From Octopus sinensis (Eukaryota), in NCBI RefSeq assembly GCF_006345805.1, contig NC_042998.1:52018001-52082000 (forward strand): a stretch of 64,000 bases of DNA. Reading direction: 5' to 3'. This document shows positions 61,475 through 64,000 of this stretch, piece after piece (within the stretch, counting starts at the first letter, position 1; the number at the start of each line of letters is the position of its first letter). The notes below the pieces were generated by a model that worked only from the letters and a program-made list of their open reading frames with translations, was not told where the DNA came from and made no database searches. The position numbers were made by a program, and so were the translations under genes.

Positions 61475-61860
61475 TCTAAAAGTGGATTTGTGATTATTGA
61501 GACTGGCCTTAAAGGGTCCTCTATTGCCCTGATAATTTTTCTGTAGATGCATCAACCACTTGGTGTTGGTTGACACTACTTCTGCTTTGTGAAACAATGC
61601 TTCTGTGTTGCATTGACTACTCACTAGGCACTCACCATAAACCCTACAAAAGCATTCAGCCCCAGCCAGCATTTTAAGGATATTAATTGATAATAATTAA
61701 AAATCATCAGAAAAATCATCATATTCTTGACAATAGGTGTGTAGCTAAAAGAGACCCTTAAGTTATGTCTGTTGAATATTTTCCTATATCTTTGGTCCTG
61801 TGCAAAATGTTTATCCATGAATCCATGGAGGGCCCTATCCATGCAGATTTTCCTGTTCAG
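61475..61860 (-). mobile_element. Penelope-like element ORF remnant (RT thumb to GIY-YIG endonuclease)
   Basis: FMDKHFAQDQRYRKIFNRHNLRVSFSY; ALFHKAEV...PFKASLNNHKSTFR. Confidence 0.8.
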
Positions 61861-62384
61861 TGAGAAAGGGTGGCAAGCCAGATGACTCAGTAGTGATTCT
61901 TTTTCTTGTCAGTGTTAGAGGCTAGGCATGTAAATAATACAGTCTTTAAATCTGCTGCCAGAGCCTTGTTATTGTATGAAATCACTCAAGCAAAAGTAGT
62001 GACCTTATGTTGACTTCCTTGTCAATAAATTGCCCTGTAGCTCAGTGCTTTCAATGTTAACTGGAATAAAAACCTCTCACTTGGAAAACAAATAGCAATA
62101 AGAAGACTAACGAGCTGTATTAATAATATATCAATATCATATCTTCTTAGGTCATGAGCTGGCAGAATTGTTAGCACACTGGGAAAAATACACACCACAA
62201 GCACAGTGCAAGTCATGTGGTGCTGCCATCGAATTATACAGGAAACTGCCAATCATACAGCTCTATTGACACTGTTGTTGACCAGTTAGAAATAGTAAAT
62301 TCATCATCATCATCATCATCATCATCATCGTTTAACGTCCGCTTTCCATGCTAGCATGGGTTGGACGGTTCAATTTTTAAACTC

Positions 62385-62800
62385 ACTGGAACCACAAGGT
62401 TTACCACCTTATAAGCTTGTCATGAAACTTGAAGCACCTATAATGCTTCTAAGAAATTTAGATCTTCCGCAGTTCTGCAATGGACCAAGAAAACGATGCC
62501 ACATGTTATAGAAGCTACTGTACTTTCTGGATGTGGAGCAGGTGATAATGTATTCATTACTAGAATTCCATTAATACCTACTGATTTACCAGTGCAATTT
62601 AAAAGAGTACAGTTTCCAGTTAGAGTAAGTTTTGCAATGCCCATCAACAAACCACAAGGACAGACCTTATCAGTAACTGGTTTGTGATTAAAAGGAAATT
62701 TGCTTCTCTCATGGATAATTGTATGCTGAATGCTCACATGTTTGAAGTTAAAAAAATATTTACAATTATATTCCACTGGGAAAAACTCATAACGTATATA
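62385..62800 (+). mobile_element. Helitron RepHel (PIF1-like) helicase C-terminal remnant
   Basis: LEAPIMLLRNLD...HVIEATVLSGCGAGDNVFITRIPLIPTDLPVQFKRVQFPVRVSFAMPINKPQGQTL. Confidence 0.9.
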
Positions 62801-62944
62801 AAGATGTGTTTTTTATTTCAAGTGTTATTTTTGCTGATCTCACAGAATTTGGTATGCCTGTAATACTAGAATCACTAATCACAATAATTATTAAGAAAAA
62901 CTCATTTATCAAATTTTTGAATGAAATCTCATTATCATCTTTAA

Positions 62945-63167
62945 CCCTTTCATTACCAATCCAGCTGAAACTGGCTCTGGCTCAGTGGTACAAATGTCTT
63001 GTTTTCATAAAGTTTTGAATTAAAATCTTCCACCAAACCTTAGTCACAATTCATGTTCTTAACACTAGCTGAATGATAACTAAGTTATTTTACTAAATTC
63101 TTTGCTATATTTAAAATTAATTGAAAGAAACACAGAGCATCTCAAAATAAATACGGTAACGAAAGGG
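62945..63167. mobile_element. piggyBac-type MITE, complete; fragments at 29145 and 52588
   Basis: TTAA|CCCTTTCATTACC...GGTAACGAAAGGG|TTAA. Confidence 0.82.
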
Positions 63168-64000
63168 TTAACTTGGGCAATGCTGGGTGCTTCTGCTAGT
63201 ATGTGCGTGTGTATATATATATATATCATCATCATCATCATCATAATCATCATCATCCTCATCATCATTTAACGTCCGTTTTACATGCTGGCATGGGTTG
63301 GACGGTTTGACTGAGGTAAGTATGTATGTATGGATGCATAAATGCATGCATACAAACAAATCCACATATATACATGCAAACTCATACACACATATATGCA
63401 TGAGACCAATGTATGCACACAAATCTGTGTTTGTATTTTCATACATGTAGTTATTATAATACAAACTGATGCTACGTATATATATAAAAAAAAAACCAGG
63501 AGAGGGAGAAGAAAAGAAATCTGAAGAAACTCATCAGAGTTGTTACTTTGAATATATTATGAGCAGAATAACAAGGCATGTGATTAGATACTTCAAAAGT
63601 AATTTATAAAAATGATATAGAGAAGAACTACAATAAAAAAAGGATGAAATGAAATGAAATAAAATAAGATCAGATAATGCACAGCAAAATGAAAATGTGT
63701 TTTGTGGTATGATGCCAAATGAGGTTTAGAAAAATATGAATTACACAATAATATGTAATTAGAATGTTATTAGAATATAATATGGAGAAGTCCAGATTAA
63801 TATACAAGCACTGTATTCAAGAAGTAGCTATTCAATAAATAGGTCTGAAGATATGTGTGGAAAAAAATATTACATATTAGTAATATGTAGTTTGGAAGAA
63901 AGTGTAGATGAATGATTGTAGAGGTATCCTAAATACATTGAATTCTCAGCAGTTTTTAGCAACTAAGAAAATTTGTCATGCTATTGTGTTTGACTAGAAG

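Overview
AT-rich eukaryotic (animal) non-coding DNA that is almost entirely repeats. The SINE and LINE families I recall point to an octopod cephalopod (inference, not verified). No host protein-coding gene can be supported firmly; nearly all ORFs in the track are microsatellite or antisense-TE artefacts. Contents: three tRNA-derived SINE families, many RTE LINE 3' ends, fragments of R4/Dong-like, L1/Tx1, CR1 and Penelope elements, one old two-LTR Ty3/Gypsy element, mariner and maT remnants, a Helitron helicase fragment, TTAA and TA MITEs, several fold-backs and two microsatellite-bounded tandem duplications. The main unexplained signal is at least eight hammerhead-ribozyme (HHR) motifs in Penelope-type terminal-repeat remnants. 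Two have fully intact cores and unusually long (61 and 63 nt) stem II (14261-14352 and 57573-57670, both minus). Four belong to an ultra-minimal variant family. One remnant carries two HHRs about 257 nt apart, like a retrozyme. Repeat boundaries are approximate, read by eye.
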